A DNA stretch of 64,000 nt from Octopus vulgaris (GCA_951406725.2 OX597816.1:85126001-85190000), one strand, 5' to 3'. Shown: positions 38,201-53,478, counted from the first letter of the stretch. Made by a program: numbers and translations. Notes: generated by a model from the sequence alone, not told the origin.

Positions 38201-40972
38201 CCACAAATACATATCTTAATCAGGAGTCAAAATACGAAATACTGGTTGTTCGCATAATTTTATTTTGTAAATTTTATTGATTCATTAGGCAGGCGATTCC
38301 TTTTGTGACTTTGGAAAGAAATGCAAAGCAAAAGGAATAAAGAAAAATCCAAATTACAACAGAGGTCGGTTATCAGCAGCGATCACCTAAAATATACTTT
38401 ATTCTATATTGCACTACCCGAAACGCCTTCCAACTCGATTAGATGCATTCTTGACAAACATAGCTAACAGCTAATCAGCTTCGGGTTATAGAGTAAACTT
38501 TATAGCAAACTGTTTCATTACATAACAAATCTAACATATGGTTTTTATCTTTAGGAGAAAATGGAAATTTGTTAAATGTGTTAAGTGACTTAGAAATACA
38601 TTGAGAAGTATGGATATAATATTTATGAATATTTCAGTATAATAAAAATATCGATTTGGCATGGATGTCGAAATTATGAATTTGTGAAATTTGAAGGCGT
38701 GAATAAATAATGAGTGAAACTCCCAAACGGGCGTTGAGTACATTCGTTCCAAACTGCATTTTCATGTTCTTCGAAGTGTATGAAAGCCATGGCGATATAT
38801 TTGTTATTAAATTTAGTATTAAGTGTACTATTTAAGAAGGGTATCAAATTATTTTTGTGTGCGTGAGGGATAGAATTAATTCATATTTCAACATATTTCA
38901 ACTATATTTTCCCAAAATAAGTTTTTGTCAAGTTAGACTGAATTAAAGAAGGATCTTCTCTATACACACACACATACATACATGTATGTATGTATAAACA
39001 TAGACATAGAGCCGAGTCGATTTATAAGTCGATTTAAAATAATTTGCGCCAATGAGGCAGAATAATATAGTCAATCAATGCATATTTGCATCAATACGCT
39101 ATCGTCAACAGTGAAATAGATGCTCAGTTTATGAAAGTTCATATTTTTGTCAAAACACATTTTTTTTAATATTCATCTTCTAATTTTTCTTAGGTAAATC
39201 CACCGTTGAAAATGCTTCTGCATAGCAATATTGACATTCACACAATATTAGCTACTGTTGAACGCCTTGATAATGCATCGGCCAATTACTCCACGTGAAC
39301 GCTGGTTGGTTTCTTATTACGGACAAATGTCTGCTTCATGAAAACAGTATTCAACTGGCAAAAATTCAGTACACCTAATTTTGTGGTGGTATTACAAGGC
39401 CAGGAATTTACAGCTCAATGTAGTGGCATCTAAAAGTAAATTATCTTGCCTTTTCACTTATTTCTTATTTGAATTTTGAATATCGAAGAACTTCAAAGAG
39501 AATTTTGTTCTACGTTAAATCATTTAAAAGTCAATGGGTTTAAAGATCAATTGATCAATTCTTTTTTGATCTAGAAAAGTGGAATATCAAAAATATAATG
39601 CTTATATTTTTGAGGCCAAAGATAATTAAGAATAGTAGGCTTTATATCATTTAAGCTCAAAACTGCTTGTGTAGGTAATATTGAAATTTCCATCTAATTT
39701 TTTGCATCTAATGTTTATGTCATATTTTTCTCACCTCGGAATGCATTAATATACATGACAATAGTACAGCTCGCCATATACACCATTGTCTATCCACAGA
39801 GTGTTAGATGTGGGTAGTAAAACTCGCTTTAAAAATCCAGTAGGTGTAAAAGTCTCGGTAAGTGTTACCTATGTTGGTGGTTCAGTGAACTTCTGTTTCA
39901 GCAATTTGAGCATCATTTACTTATGACGTTAATCTACGAAGAAAGTATTTTCATCTTTTCTATCTGTACAAAACAAAGCAGGAGTTTAAAAGAACTTTTT
40001 TGCTGTTGTAATGCTTATATATACATGTGTGTGTGTGTGTGCGTGTGTGTTTGTATGTTTGTGACTATGCTTCAATATGGAATATTTACTTGTAAAGTTG
40101 GTAGTTAAAAGGTTAATCTCTATATAATGTCACATCATTTAGTAGAATATCGATAAAAAAACGAAACAATTACATTCTTTTCTGGGAAAATTATTGAAAA
40201 TAAAATAGCATAAAAAAAACACAGAACTTTAAGTATCACCTGCCATATTGAATTGTTGCTGTTTCAAAACTTAATTTAGTATTCAGATTTCTAATTTTCT
40301 TTTCAAAGAAGCGAGAAAATATCTTTAAATATTGACAATTTTGAATAACTTGTTTTAGTATCATTTTCTTTCAACGGTTTTTGTAAAAATGGTTCGCATC
40401 TTTTTTGGATTAACTTAACAAAAGATAAAATGAAGAGGAAATGTATACTAAAAGCCAAATAGATTATAGAATAATGAAGAAACTATCTTAAGCTTCATCA
40501 AACAATATTGAATTATTTCAGAGTGAGAAGCTAACCTATGTTTCTATTATATATTTCGTCTAAAAAAATAAATAAGTGATTGGAACTCGGCAAAGAGAGT
40601 GATTGTAACTGATGTAACTTCAACATATTTAACCAATATACACATCAACGTGTGTGTACATTCACAGATACACACAAGCAAATGGCTACATACACATTAT
40701 AATAGGTGACTGAACAAGATGACTATATCAGATGTAACCACGTCATACAGAGGTGCACACAAAACAAAAATACACGCATGCGCACACAAGAATTACACAC
40801 ACATATATATATATCTACACACATACACACAAACACATACGCAAACAAACGCACGCACGCATGCACATACACACACGCACACCTCGCAGGCGCACAGACG
40901 CATATATTTCAATGTTATGATGCACATCTCTCAATGTTTGAGGGTGCGTGTTAGTGAACGTGCGTGTGTGTG

Positions 40973-41047
<75 letters not shown>

Positions 41048-42331
41048 AACTTGTATGAGTGAGTACGTTGATGCTTTTAAAAGAATGAATTCATCAAGAA
41101 TAATGTTTGAGTGAATGCTTTTTCCTTCCATTCGAAAGGTCTGTATTTCCTCGTAAATATATAATAGTTTAATTCAAATGTTAACTTCTTTTCTTTCATC
41201 TTCATTGTGTAAAGTTATACAATATAATATATTCGTACTCATTGTTTCGAACATGTGCATGTACCTACTTATGGGTCTGTGCGTGTGTATGTGTGCATGT
41301 GTGTATGTTCGTGCGCGCCGGCGTATCTCTGTGAGTGTAGAGTTTTCATATACCATGTTGTTTAATAAAACAATAAAATGCTCGGTCACAGAGTTTTATA
41401 TATGTGAATTTAAATGTAATAAAGAGGAATTACAATCTCAAAAGCAGTTTAATGTGGTCGGTCGTTCGGTCCAGGGTAAAATCTTCGAGCTGAAAAGTAA
41501 TAAATTAATTCCATATATTTTATGTAATGTACACCCTCTTTTGTCATATTTGAAAGGATCTTCTTTAATGAGTATAAAGGAAAAAAATGGTAACTTTTCA
41601 TCTATATGTTACGTTACGATTGACCTGGCGACGATATGCTTGTTATGGTGTAAGAAACGAAAGTAATTTGTTCCGTTCTTATGTATATGTACTTGACTTA
41701 TCTCTGTCCATAAGAGACCAACTTATTTCTTCTTCGTTTCATTTCTAAATTTACATTATGAAGTACAGTGAATGTTAGCAGTGAAGAAGAAATGTAACGG
41801 AATGGTATGCAGTAAGAAAGTTTTTGGTTCCTATATTTCAAATGCTGGCTTGTTGGAAAAGTCACACCAGTGTGCACTCACTGTACGTATTCCCCGATTT
41901 ACTAAAACCTCCAGATCCGAAAATATAGATGGTTCTGAAATAGGTGAAGAAAAAGCAATAACTCAAATAGATTGAAGTTCACTAGTGCTGTTTCAGAAGT
42001 TTCCTTTATTGATGAACATAAACGTTATATGATGCAAAACACCCAGTTTTCCTCGGGTGAATAAAGATAGAATACTTAGAAATTCTCACAAAATAGAAAA
42101 TAGTGCAAAGTAATGTTACCAACTAAGTTACGGCTGAGAGACTGTGCAGCAGAAACTCTTACAGTGTTTATATTTATGGTGATGCATTAAGCAACTCGTT
42201 CTAGGAGCCAGAATAAGGGAAGGGGTAAAGGGAGAAATATAAGAAAGAAAAGTGTAGAGAGAGAAAAGGGAAAAAAGAGAAGGGACGACATACACACGTA
42301 CGCGCGCACACATTTATGTATATGTACATAT

Positions 42332-42742
42332 ATTCTTTTTACTCTTTTACTTGTTTCAGTCATTTGACTGCGGCCATGCTGGAGCACCGCCTTTAGTCGA
42401 GCAAATCGACCCCGGGACTTATTCTTTGTAAGCCCAGTACTTATTCTATCGGTCTCTTTTGCCGAACCGCTAAGTGACGGGGACGTAAACACACCAGCAT
42501 CGGTTGTCAAGCAATGCTAGGGGGACAAACACAGACACACAAACATATGCACACACACTTATATATATATACATATATACGACAGGCTTCTTTCAGTTTC
42601 CGTCTACCAAATCCACTCACAAGGCATTGGTCAGCCCGGGGCTATAGCAGAAGACACTTGCCCAAGATGCCACGCAGTGGGACTGAACCCGGAACCATGT
42701 GGTTGGTTAGCAAGCTACTTACCACACAGCCACTCCTACGCC
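42332..42742 (-). mobile_element. SINE family A, full length, young
   Basis: Minus strand: ggcgtaggagtggctgtgtggtaag (A-box), gggttcagtccc (B-box), tcttgggcaagtg (CORE-like), 3' tail ggcggtgctccagcatggccgcagtcaaatgactgaaacaag(taaaaga)n. Confidence 0.93.
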
Positions 42743-42761
42743 TATATATATATATATTATA

Positions 42762-42804
<43 letters not shown>

Positions 42805-42852
42805 CATATATATATATGTATATGGGTGTGTGCATGTGTATGTATTTATGAA

Positions 42853-43040
42853 TACTCTTTTACTTCTTCATGCATTTACCTGAAACCATGCTGGAGCACC
42901 GCCATTAGTCGAATAAATTAAATCCAAGAGTTGTTCCTTGCAAGCTTAATACTTATCCTATCGGTATCGTTTGTCCAAGCGCTAAGTCAGGGAGCGTAAC
43001 CGCACCAACATCAGTTATCATGTGATGGTGGGGGACACAC
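42853..43040 (-). mobile_element. SINE family A 3' half
   Basis: ccatgctggagcaccgcc...gcgctaagtc...caccaacatcagtt...ggggacaca. Confidence 0.8.
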
Positions 43041-43157
43041 AAATACATACACACAAATACATACACAAATACATACACACAGAGACACACAAATACATAC
43101 ACACAAATACATACACACATACACACACACACACACACGTATATATATATATATATA

Positions 43158-43358
43158 GTTAATCCAAGCATGAAAGTACAGAAAAAAAACACAACAACGC
43201 GAGGACGTGGAACAAATATAGTATTATTGGACGTTCAGGAAAGAAGGAAAGAAGGAGGGCTTAACCTTTCGAGCGGAGTTCTTCGTCGGAAACACAGGAA
43301 AAGGAAAGATCCAGAGAAGGGAAGACAGAGTAAAAAAAATCGGCAACCGTACACACGT
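43158..43358 (-). mobile_element. Repeat family C copy (PLE-like end, minimal hammerhead-like motif)
   Basis: Reverse complement of 5503-5696; motif CCGACGA...GAAA at ~43260-43293; 3' end abuts (TA)n. Confidence 0.78.
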
Positions 43359-45196
43359 ACAACTGTCCAGTTCAGCTTGGTTACGTTTACAAAGAACTTG
43401 AAAGTTGAGTCCAGTTTTTAATGAGGCAACTGACAAAAGGTCCGTATGCAATTTTCTTGATTGGTGATGCCAAAACATAAACAATTGTAATTTAAACGTA
43501 AGTTGCTAAGAATAGGATATACATTGCTTCCTTATTTCTCATCCGATTTGCTGGTGAGAGAAAATATGCTAAGTAGTTGCAACTCTATATTTTGATGATC
43601 ATTAGCGGATAAAAGGAAGAGGTCATGCGTTAGTTTTGCTTTTACGCTACACTCAGTCTCATAATTTACTGAAACATATAGCTAAAATGACACCTACAAA
43701 TGCGTTGGGTTATACTAATATTAATGTCAGAGCCACTAGGTATTGTCGATGCTACTAAACATAGTAAAATTCATCATTGCCTACTATCCGGAATTCTATG
43801 TTTCTCATGAACACAGGTCCTGTTTTATTAGAGAAGAAATGATATGATTTTGTATGTTCTGGTTGTAGATGAAGTAATAATTACTAAGCATTTCGACGCT
43901 TGTAGAGAAAAGAAGTTATGAAGTAAAGAATTGCTGAGAATATCATGGGATGAATTAATCAGTGGCAAACGAACGATTCTATTTGAAATTGTCACTGTAA
44001 AAAATAGCAGTGTAATGCATTCTTTGATATGTAAAGATATACACAAATGATATTGGAGACACACAAGCTTCAAGAAGTTAAATGCGTGTCATTAAGGTTA
44101 AACTCGAAGGGATCAAATAATGTAAGCACTTCCTAGTTTTCAAGTGATACAGTATTTGACACAAGTTAGAATTTATATATATCAAATTTCGTATATCGAA
44201 TATATCGCATTATTATACCGAATTGCAAGGTTCAAATTAGAAAACCGTTTTTAATGCATTAAAATGTTTGATGTTGCATGTATGTATGTATTTATTTATG
44301 TATGTGTGTGTATGCATGTATGTGTGAGAAAATAATTATTGAAAGACTTTGCTTGATTTTCAATCAAATATATCACTAAATGAGTTGACAGCAAATACTT
44401 CATGTGGTTGAAGTACCTATATTCGTTGTAAACCTTGCTACAAAAGTCAGTCTGCATGAAGAAGTAACCCACATAATTACAGGATAAGAAACTGTGCTAG
44501 CATCAGTCAAGCGTTGTAAACATTCATCTGTCCATATATATGGTGGCTAGTGGGTTCAAAAAGATTTGATTCTGATTAGAACACTGCAATCTGTTTGCAT
44601 ACGGAGTCAGCAGTCACTAATACAATTGACTGATGTGAGAAATGGGCATCTTACCTGTTTATACGCCGGTTGTTTGAAGACTTCGAAGCTCTTAAGGACA
44701 TCTTTAGTGTTCTTCACGTCTCTAGGAAAGGAATGAGATGAGGGTTTGAGGTATACATACACGTCAGAACGCTATATCATTGACACGTATTTATCACACA
44801 CACACACATACACACACGCAAACAAACAAAAGGAACTGGTATGTGAGCATCTAAACTACACTTTGTTATATTATACAGTAGCTATACGTTGCTGTACTAT
44901 ACAGAAAAAGTCAACACACCGAGTATGCTTGGAGTTGTAAATCATTCTTAGAAGAATATTATGGAGCATAATCAAACGAAATTACTCTAAAAGAGGCAAG
45001 TTTCCTTGATCTGATATAATGCTTAAAGCAAAATTCAAGTTGAAACTTTAATGTGTAGTCTATAGCAGTACCATTTAGTATATATTATTTTATTATAAGT
45101 TCCATTACACTAGATAATTATAGCATAATTATAGCATAGTTCCCCTTCCACCTCACTTTATTGATATAATTTAAATTCATAGCAATTTAATAATAA

Positions 45197-45232
<36 letters not shown>

Positions 45233-47666
45233 TGACATAAATGTTTCTCCTCACTTTAAGATGAGATACACTACGCATAACCCTTACTATAAACCGTGTT
45301 AGTTAATTTCAATAATTATGATATCTTACAATCCTGATAACAGCTTCTCACTCTTATCCAAATTATAATTATATAATTTTGGTAATCTGAATGTTATTAA
45401 CCTCTTCGCTGAAATAATGAAACTCTGTCTACATTTTTGTCTCCATCTATTTACTTATTAAGTTTCCCTTTATGACAGTTATCTTTGATATCGAACCCGT
45501 ACTTTTGCCTGCACAATTCATCCTGCTTTCTTACAGCTTAATATTTCACTTTATTCTTATCTATTTCCAAGAGAACTATTATAATTATAAAATCATTTCT
45601 TCACAAATGACTATATATCTTACATTTACCTTACTAACACAGCGATTACCCTCACACCTTTTATATGTATTTTATGTAATATCCCTTAATTTCCGAAAAG
45701 GTTCCTTGATACAGCAATATTCCCTAAAGGCACGTAAAGGAAGCTAACATACCTCTCTTCCGCGCCATCAAAACATTCATCTAGAAAGATATCGTATCCT
45801 GTAGTCTATTTTCTGGGACTTCAATTTCTGATTTTTCATATTTACGAGAAGGTATGTACTACCACCGTTCACGTTTACTGGCATCACTAAGAATTGCTGA
45901 CACAATCATGGAAAAACATAACTGAGTCCTCAAGCGTAGTTCTGAATAATAAATGTTTCACAAATTCTAAGTATGACTGATTGTCATTGTGTGTTGAATG
46001 AGGCTCGTTCCTTCTCTCTCGCTGAATTGATTTTACAGCAGCTGTCGGCTGATATAAATAGGTAGAAAATTCGGTGTGATGAGCAGAAATAGCTTTCATT
46101 GCACCGGGGAAAATTTTCAATGGATCCAGAATTTCAGTAAAGTTAATAGAAGTTTTGTTAGAGATACGTTAGTGCTAAGAGCTAATGGTTTAAAATTTAC
46201 CACTTTCAGAGTCCCTTTGGTAACAGAAACATCAAAGTTCTGATTTATTGTTAAAGGATACTGTTGACCCTTGTGATATCTTTAATGTATTTCAGAGACA
46301 AAACGAAAACAGACCCTTCTTACAAGCCCGTAAATACAGCTGTCACTTTTGACTCAACCAAGAAGTATTCGCATTGTTACAGACAACTTTGAAACATCTA
46401 CTTCGAAAAATATTACACTGTGGACAGTGGGATAAAGCTCTTTCTCAACATCAGCAGTTTTGTGCCTACAATCTTAGAAATCAATGTAGGTTACACCTTT
46501 AGTATTAGTGATGAAGGCTGATTGACAGAATCAACAGAGCTGTTGATAAGATACGTCCCTGTACAGCCAGTTTTGTTCGATGTATAGCAATAAATTAATT
46601 TCTGCTTAACATTTTAGTCCTCGCCTTGAAAAAAAAAGGAAAATGAAAAATGTACCATTGTTATTATGTTAGCTATTGATATTAATATTATTTTATTTCC
46701 ATTATGGCCACTAGAACATGACGGTCAAACTTAATTCAAAATATTTTTCACTTTGCTCAATATGCAAATAAATGCTTTTAATAAAGAACTCATTTTTTTA
46801 AAGGACTTATATTGTGAAATATATGTTCAATATCGCATTATATTCGTCTGTTTAAATGTATTCATTACTAGACAAGTATTCTGAATATTCAAGATACAAC
46901 ACACAGGAAAAATGTATTGGCGCATTAACTAATTTGTTGTCAATCCTTATAACAACGTTCTAGCAACTGGAGATTTGACTAATTTGAGCCAAGTAATCGG
47001 CAGAATAATATATATCAATATGGTTGTGCCCGTTAAAAAAGGAAAATCTAAGACCAATAAAACACACACACACACAACCACAAGCACATGTATACACACA
47101 CATACACACACGCATAGAAATGTGCTCAGAGACACGCATACACTCACACCATTTTGAACTCTAAGACTAGTCTCAAAAACCACTGAACAATGATAGACTA
47201 GCCCCAAAACAAGAAAGTCCTTTTGATTCCACAATGCTCTTCCCCACCAACCATCCTCACACACTATGTTTAAAAGAAAACATCTCTCATACACACACTA
47301 CAAGACAGAAGATGATGATTGGAAAGGTTGGTCGTTCCCCTTAAATATATTTCCCACTGTATATATGCTTCTTATACAATCATGATTTTTGATGAACTCA
47401 TAAGGATTTTACATTCATTTTACTACCTATTTTGATCACTTTCATGTGAATTGTTTAAACAAAAAGCCCCTGTAAACATTTTCTTATCATTTTCGAAGAC
47501 TGTATAACTGTATTTTAATACAATTATGATAATCATTTTTAACGCAACCGAGCTTATACAAAGCTTTACCATTTAATTTTCATAATCTTTTTTCTAAAAA
47601 AAAAAAGTGAAACCGGTCAAGTCAATAAACATCGTTAAAAGACCTCTGCATTTTCCAACCCTCTTT

Positions 47667-47704
<38 letters not shown>

Positions 47705-47883
47705 AATGCAGATGGTTGAGTTCGCAGAGATGTATTATCCGGATGGATATCGTATTACTTCTCAGTTAAGACGCAGTTAACGGCTAACCTCAACGATAAG
47801 AATCTAAAGTCTATGATTAAAATTTGTTGTTAGTCGCTTCCGCTGGACGGTAAACATTGTTTGAAATATATATTAATATTAAT

Positions 47884-48100
47884 CATTCTTTCTACTAAAG
47901 GCAGAAAGCCTGAATTTTTTTTTGAGGTGTGTGTGTGTGTGGGGGGGGGCAAGTCGATTTCATGGAGCCCAGGGTTTCACTGGTACTTAATTTATAGACC
48001 CCGAAAGGATGAAAGACAATGTGGACCCCGGTAGCAAGACACGAAATACCGCTAAACATAATGCCCAGTGCACTAACAATTCTGCCAGCTCACCGTCTAA
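47884..48100 (-). mobile_element. SINE family B copy
   Basis: ctggtacttaatttatagaccccgaaaggatgaaag...gaaataccgctaa...ctgccagctcaccg. Confidence 0.85.
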
Positions 48101-48347
48101 AGAATATGTAGTCTAGTGCTTCAACAAAATTTTCCTATAGTTGTATACAGCATATTATAATGACCTACACATGTTTCTGCTGCAGCAACTACCCACAGTT
48201 GCAAATGCAAATTTTCAATATTGTCGGTGCAGCTTCATCAGGGCCCGGTGCATTTGATCATCCTCGAACTGAACTGATTGAAGTGTAGATCATTATAATA
48301 CGTTGTATATAATTATTTAAAATAAATTTTGTGGATGAAAAGGTAAC

Positions 48348-48348
<1 letters not shown>

Positions 48349-48416
<68 letters not shown>

Positions 48417-48417
48417 C

Positions 48418-48456
<39 letters not shown>

Positions 48457-48457
48457 G

Positions 48458-48507
<50 letters not shown>

Positions 48508-48664
48508 TAGTTTTATTTTTATTTTTATAGCGTGCTTTCACTTCACTACCGAGCGCAGCTCTGTGTGCCTTGGGTATGTGCTGTGATTTGTTGTGATGCT
48601 CTGATGGTTATTGTATGGAAAGTGTTCTGCGTCCATACAATAACCATATCACAACAAATCACAG

Positions 48665-48697
<33 letters not shown>

Positions 48698-48734
48698 CAT
48701 TATTATTATTATTATTATTGTTATTATTATTATT

Positions 48735-48784
<50 letters not shown>
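48349..48784. repeat. (TTA)n and (TA)n microsatellites surrounding a retroelement end
   Basis: TTA runs at 48349-48504 and 48667-48735; TA run at 48742-48784. Confidence 0.95.
48505..48666 (-). mobile_element. Very short 3' end of an R4/Dong-like element with a 5' inversion
   Basis: Minus strand reads RRTLSIQ* (compare LRKILCV* at 6360), then ~100-nt UTR, then (AAT)n. 48632-48666 is an inverted copy of 48579-48619. Confidence 0.6.
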
Positions 48785-48786
<2 letters not shown>

Positions 48787-49398
48787 GAGGGAAGTTCAGA
48801 TATCGACTCACAAATGATGCCAAAAAATAGGCTATATGGCCTATCATATACAGATTTGCTAGTAAAACATGTTTTGCCAATAAATGTAAAATATTTCATA
48901 AAATAATATAATTCATATGAATCTTTGAAGATAATTTTTTTTTCATTTTGTATCTTTTTCAATATTAAAATTTGTTTGTTATTTTGTAATTCATTTTGGA
49001 TTAAACATGATAATATTCATCCATTTCGTTTTATCTCCGTTCTATCGATGAATCAATCAATGATTTCCTTTAGAACAGACGCACATATATAAATGTACAT
49101 AACAGAGTAATAATAAAATAAATATTGATATAGTGTTATGTAACCTGTATATTAGAAAATACTAGATTAATTTCTCTTGTTTTGTTCGCTTCATTAATTC
49201 CGTTTCATTCATTAATCCTAACACTTCACTCATTTTAAATTTTCAAGCTCCTTCAATTTCTTTTTCCCTCACTCACATTTTATATACTTAGTTCTCTTCC
49301 TCTCTCTCTCTATGAATATACCCATATGTATCTATCTATATGTATGTATATATGTATGTATGTATAGCTAAATTGATAAATATATCTGCATGCACACA

Positions 49399-49449
<51 letters not shown>

Positions 49450-50418
49450 GCATATTATGTGTCTAAATGTTGACTGTGTATCTGTGTGTTTGCGAGTGTT
49501 TATGTATGTGTGTGTATGTGTGTGTGCGTGTGTTTGTTTGTGTGTAGCCATCCATACATAGATCTACCTACCATCTCAGCTAGAGTCATCACACACATCC
49601 TAAATTGGGTGATATCAGAATCAAATGGCATTAAATTCTCCGGCTGCATTCCCAAGAACGACCAACTGAGATTATGGATGTTATCAAACCATCTTGTCTT
49701 TTGTCTATCCCTAGCTTTCCTGCCGATTGGCTCAGATTGAAGAATTAGTCATGCGGATTCTTTTCTTTGATTTCTCAATGGAGGAAATGTGGATTGTGTC
49801 CTTGAGAAATGCATTCTATTTAAATCTGCTCCAGTCTCATCGTTTCTAAATGAGTACTAGACAAGATTTGGTGCTGGTTTATCTCCCTCGAGGTGTCATA
49901 TCTTCGATCTTTTATTGATTCTACTATGGAAGAATCTACAGTGAGTCTGTGTCTACTTACGGCGATGTAAATTCTTAAATAAATACTGGAAGCATGGCAT
50001 TATTTACCTGGATATATTGGTGGTAATGGTGTTTATGCACATACAAACATACATACATGGATGTATGCATAAATACACACACAAACACATGCAAACACAC
50101 ACACATACAAACGTACACACCCATTTGCACGCACACACACGTACACATACATAATACATATGTCACAAAACCCAAGAGGTCGGCGAGATCTATGTGACCC
50201 AGGAAGGAAGTTTAACCTTTTCTTTATTCCTATATATATAAATGCATGCATATATAAAAGTGTATACACATATATATATATAAATTGCTACGTTTAAGCA
50301 CACACACACACATACACAAACGCGCGCATAAACCTATATACATATGGTGTTTGGATTTATTTATGCACGCCACCACACAAAGAAGAGGAGTAGGAACGAA
50401 AAAAACGATATAAAATAT

Positions 50419-50858
50419 ACTTTCCTACTCTAGGGACAAGGCCCGAAATCTTTTGGGGTAGGGTGCCAGTCGATTAGATCGACCTCCCCTCTACGCAATT
50501 GGTATTTAATTTATCGACCCAGAAAGGATGAAAGGCAAAGTCGATCCTGACGGAATTTGAACTCAGAACCTAAAAGACAGACAAAATACCGCTAAGCATT
50601 TCGCCTGGTGTGCTAACGTTTCTTATTTCTTTACTACCCTCGAGGGGCTACACACAGAGAAGACAAACAAGGACAGACAAACGGATTAAGTCGATTATAT
50701 CGACCCCAGTGTTTCACTGGTAATTAATTTATCGACCCCGAAAGGATGAAGGTCAAAGTCGACCTCGTCGAAATTTGAACTCAGAATGTAGCGGCAGACG
50801 AAATAACGCTAAGCATTTCACCCGGCGCGCTAACGTTTCTGCCAGCTCACCGCCTTAA
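50419..50858 (-). mobile_element. SINE family B heterodimer (units 50419-50620 and 50621-50858)
   Basis: Two heads/central domains with two different 3' tails; same order as 3858-4257. Confidence 0.92.
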
Positions 50859-50875
50859 GATATATGCAGAGAAAG

Positions 50876-50981
<106 letters not shown>

Positions 50982-51537
50982 GTTTATGTATGTATATATA
51001 TATACACACACCAATACATATATGCACATGCGATTATTTTCCTTTGCTAATGTGCTTGCATATATCTCTGTCGATTTTACTCTCTCTCACACACTCACAC
51101 TCTCACTCTGTCACATCCACACACTAATATTCCTGATTCTTCATTGGAAGAACTATGAACGAGTCTAATTTAGAGACGCTCATTTGAAAATTTCAACAAC
51201 AAATGTTCATAGTGGTATAAAGCTGCTAATTATAAACTGTTGAAATGTTGGCATATTTTAAAGAAGTCAATCATATATCGTTGTCTGTTTGACAGGTTAT
51301 TAAACAAAATTGCGATTGTTTTGTGTTTTACCTGTAAACTCATTATATTTTTGTTATATACCTGTACAATTTTATTACATTTAAAGATATCTGCTTCAAA
51401 TCCTATACTATGGAGTAAGTATTTTGGTGGTATTCTACATAATGTAATCTTCATTGACTTTGAATCACTTTGTACTTGTGCTTCGTGATTCGATTTCTGA
51501 AAATTAATATTTCACTAAAGAGAAAATGCTCTCTTCC

Positions 51538-51573
<36 letters not shown>

Positions 51574-51776
51574 GTGTTCGGTATATGTGCATAGAAAACT
51601 GAAAGGAATGTGGGCGTCATAGACGTGTTTTCAGTTGTTTGTGCATTGTGCATTAGACTTATACAAAATTATGAAGTACGTGTATACACAGACACATATG
51701 CATACGCACACAAACGTAATTATATGTATGTGCTCGAATGAGTTTCATTTTTGTGTATGTATTTATATATATATAT

Positions 51777-52000
51777 ATTTCTTTACTACCTACAAGGGGC
51801 TACACACAGAGGGGACAAACAAGGACAGACAAACGGATTAAGTCGATTATATCGACCCCAATGCGCAACTGGCACTTAATTTATCGACCCCGAGAGGATG
51901 AAAGGCTAAGTCGACCTCGGCGGAATTTGAACCCAGGACGTGGCGGCAGACGAAATACGACTACGCATTTCGCCCGGCGTGCTAACGATTCTACCAGCTC
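51777..52000 (-). mobile_element. SINE family B monomer
   Basis: Matches 50621-50858; flanked by (TA)n. Confidence 0.92.
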
Positions 52001-52082
<82 letters not shown>

Positions 52083-52224
52083 GGGAAACAGTTAAAAGAA
52101 AACCTTTTCAAAAGCATATTTGCATAATACTCAAATACAAGGTGCATTTTTCTGGTTTCGCCTGTCTCTGTCTCTCCTGTTTACTCTTGTGGGATCGAGG
52201 TCGTTGTGAATTCTGGGTAGGGAG

Positions 52225-52252
52225 GAAGAAGAAGAAGAAGAAGAAGAAGAAG

Positions 52253-52284
<32 letters not shown>

Positions 52285-52429
52285 GAAGAAGAAGAAGAAG
52301 AAGAAGTAGAAGAAGAAGGGGAAGAAGAAGAAGAAGGAGAAGAAGAAGAAGAACAAGAAGAGAAGAAGAAGAAGAAGAAGAAGAAGAAGAAGAAGAAGAA
52401 GAAGAAGAAGAAGAAGAAGAAGAAGAAGA
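52225..52429. repeat. (GAA)n microsatellite
   Basis: About 200-bp purine triplet tract. Confidence 0.97.
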
Positions 52430-52816
52430 ATGTGGGAGTGCCATGATAGTAGCATGTTAAATGGTCACAAGCCTCCCTGTGGATGGTAGTAGAATGGTCA
52501 ACTGACCCGCTGTGGATGGTAGTAGTAATTGTCGAATTCCTGATACATCTCTTTTAATTGTTTTGTTTATAAAATTTGCGTAGGTGTTATTCTAAACAGC
52601 AATAGTGGTAAAGTGAAGGAGGTTGAAGAAGCAAAGAAGAATAGAAGGGAGAATAAGAAGAAATGTAAGTAGTAAGGTGGCGGATAGTCAAGAGATTTAA
52701 AGTTTGCTCGTTATTGATTATAGCAATGAGTAGGACGGTTTTTTAATGAATTCTTGTGAATCTCTTGAGTATATCATTTTTAATATTTCCGTGTGTATGT
52801 GTGTTATTCTAAGGCG

Positions 52817-52868
<52 letters not shown>

Positions 52869-53103
52869 TTGTACTTGTTTTTTCGTTGTTAAAAAAATTG
52901 TCCGTTCCATGCTGGTTTTACGTTTTCGTTTCTCGTTGAGTTCTCCGTCTATTTGTGGTGTCCTGTATACACGTATATATATTTATGTATGCATGTATAT
53001 ATACATGTAGATGTAAGTACGTACATATATGTTTGTATGTATGCATGTATTTTATTTATTACACTATATATATGTATATATATATATATATGTATATATA
53101 TAT

Positions 53104-53290
53104 AGGGAGAGTTTACAAAAAAAATAAGACGAAGACAGGTGGTGTACAAAACAAACAGATGTATTAGTATAACGTTCAGGAATAGAAAAAAGTATTTTAC
53201 GTTTCGAGCCTACGCTCTTCTACAGAAAGGGACACAGAGAAAACAAAGAGAGAAAAAAATGTGTGTAGTCGCTAACGATCTATCATGGCG
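53104..53290 (-). mobile_element. Repeat family D, related in layout to family C (PLE-like end)
   Basis: Shares gtatta...acg.tcaggaa...acgtttcgagc...gctcttc layout with family C. Minus strand TTT-CTGTAGA-A-GAGCgtagGCTC-GAAA-CG-TA-AAA at 53195-53228. (TA)n on both sides. Confidence 0.6.
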
Positions 53291-53292
53291 TG

Positions 53293-53344
<52 letters not shown>

Positions 53345-53478
53345 TAAGGGCTCCTAAATTAAGATGCCGAGTGCTGGGAACACAAAAAGGGGATGAATTT
53401 ATAGAGAGTGAAAATCAAAAACGTTCCTAAATTAAGATGCTGGTAGTAAATAATATTACTACCCTTCTTGTTTATATT

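Noticed and set aside
39185-39440. Plus-strand exon-like block (ttttcttag...gtaaat)
   Set aside because: Stops in all three frames; splice signals expected by chance in AT-rich DNA
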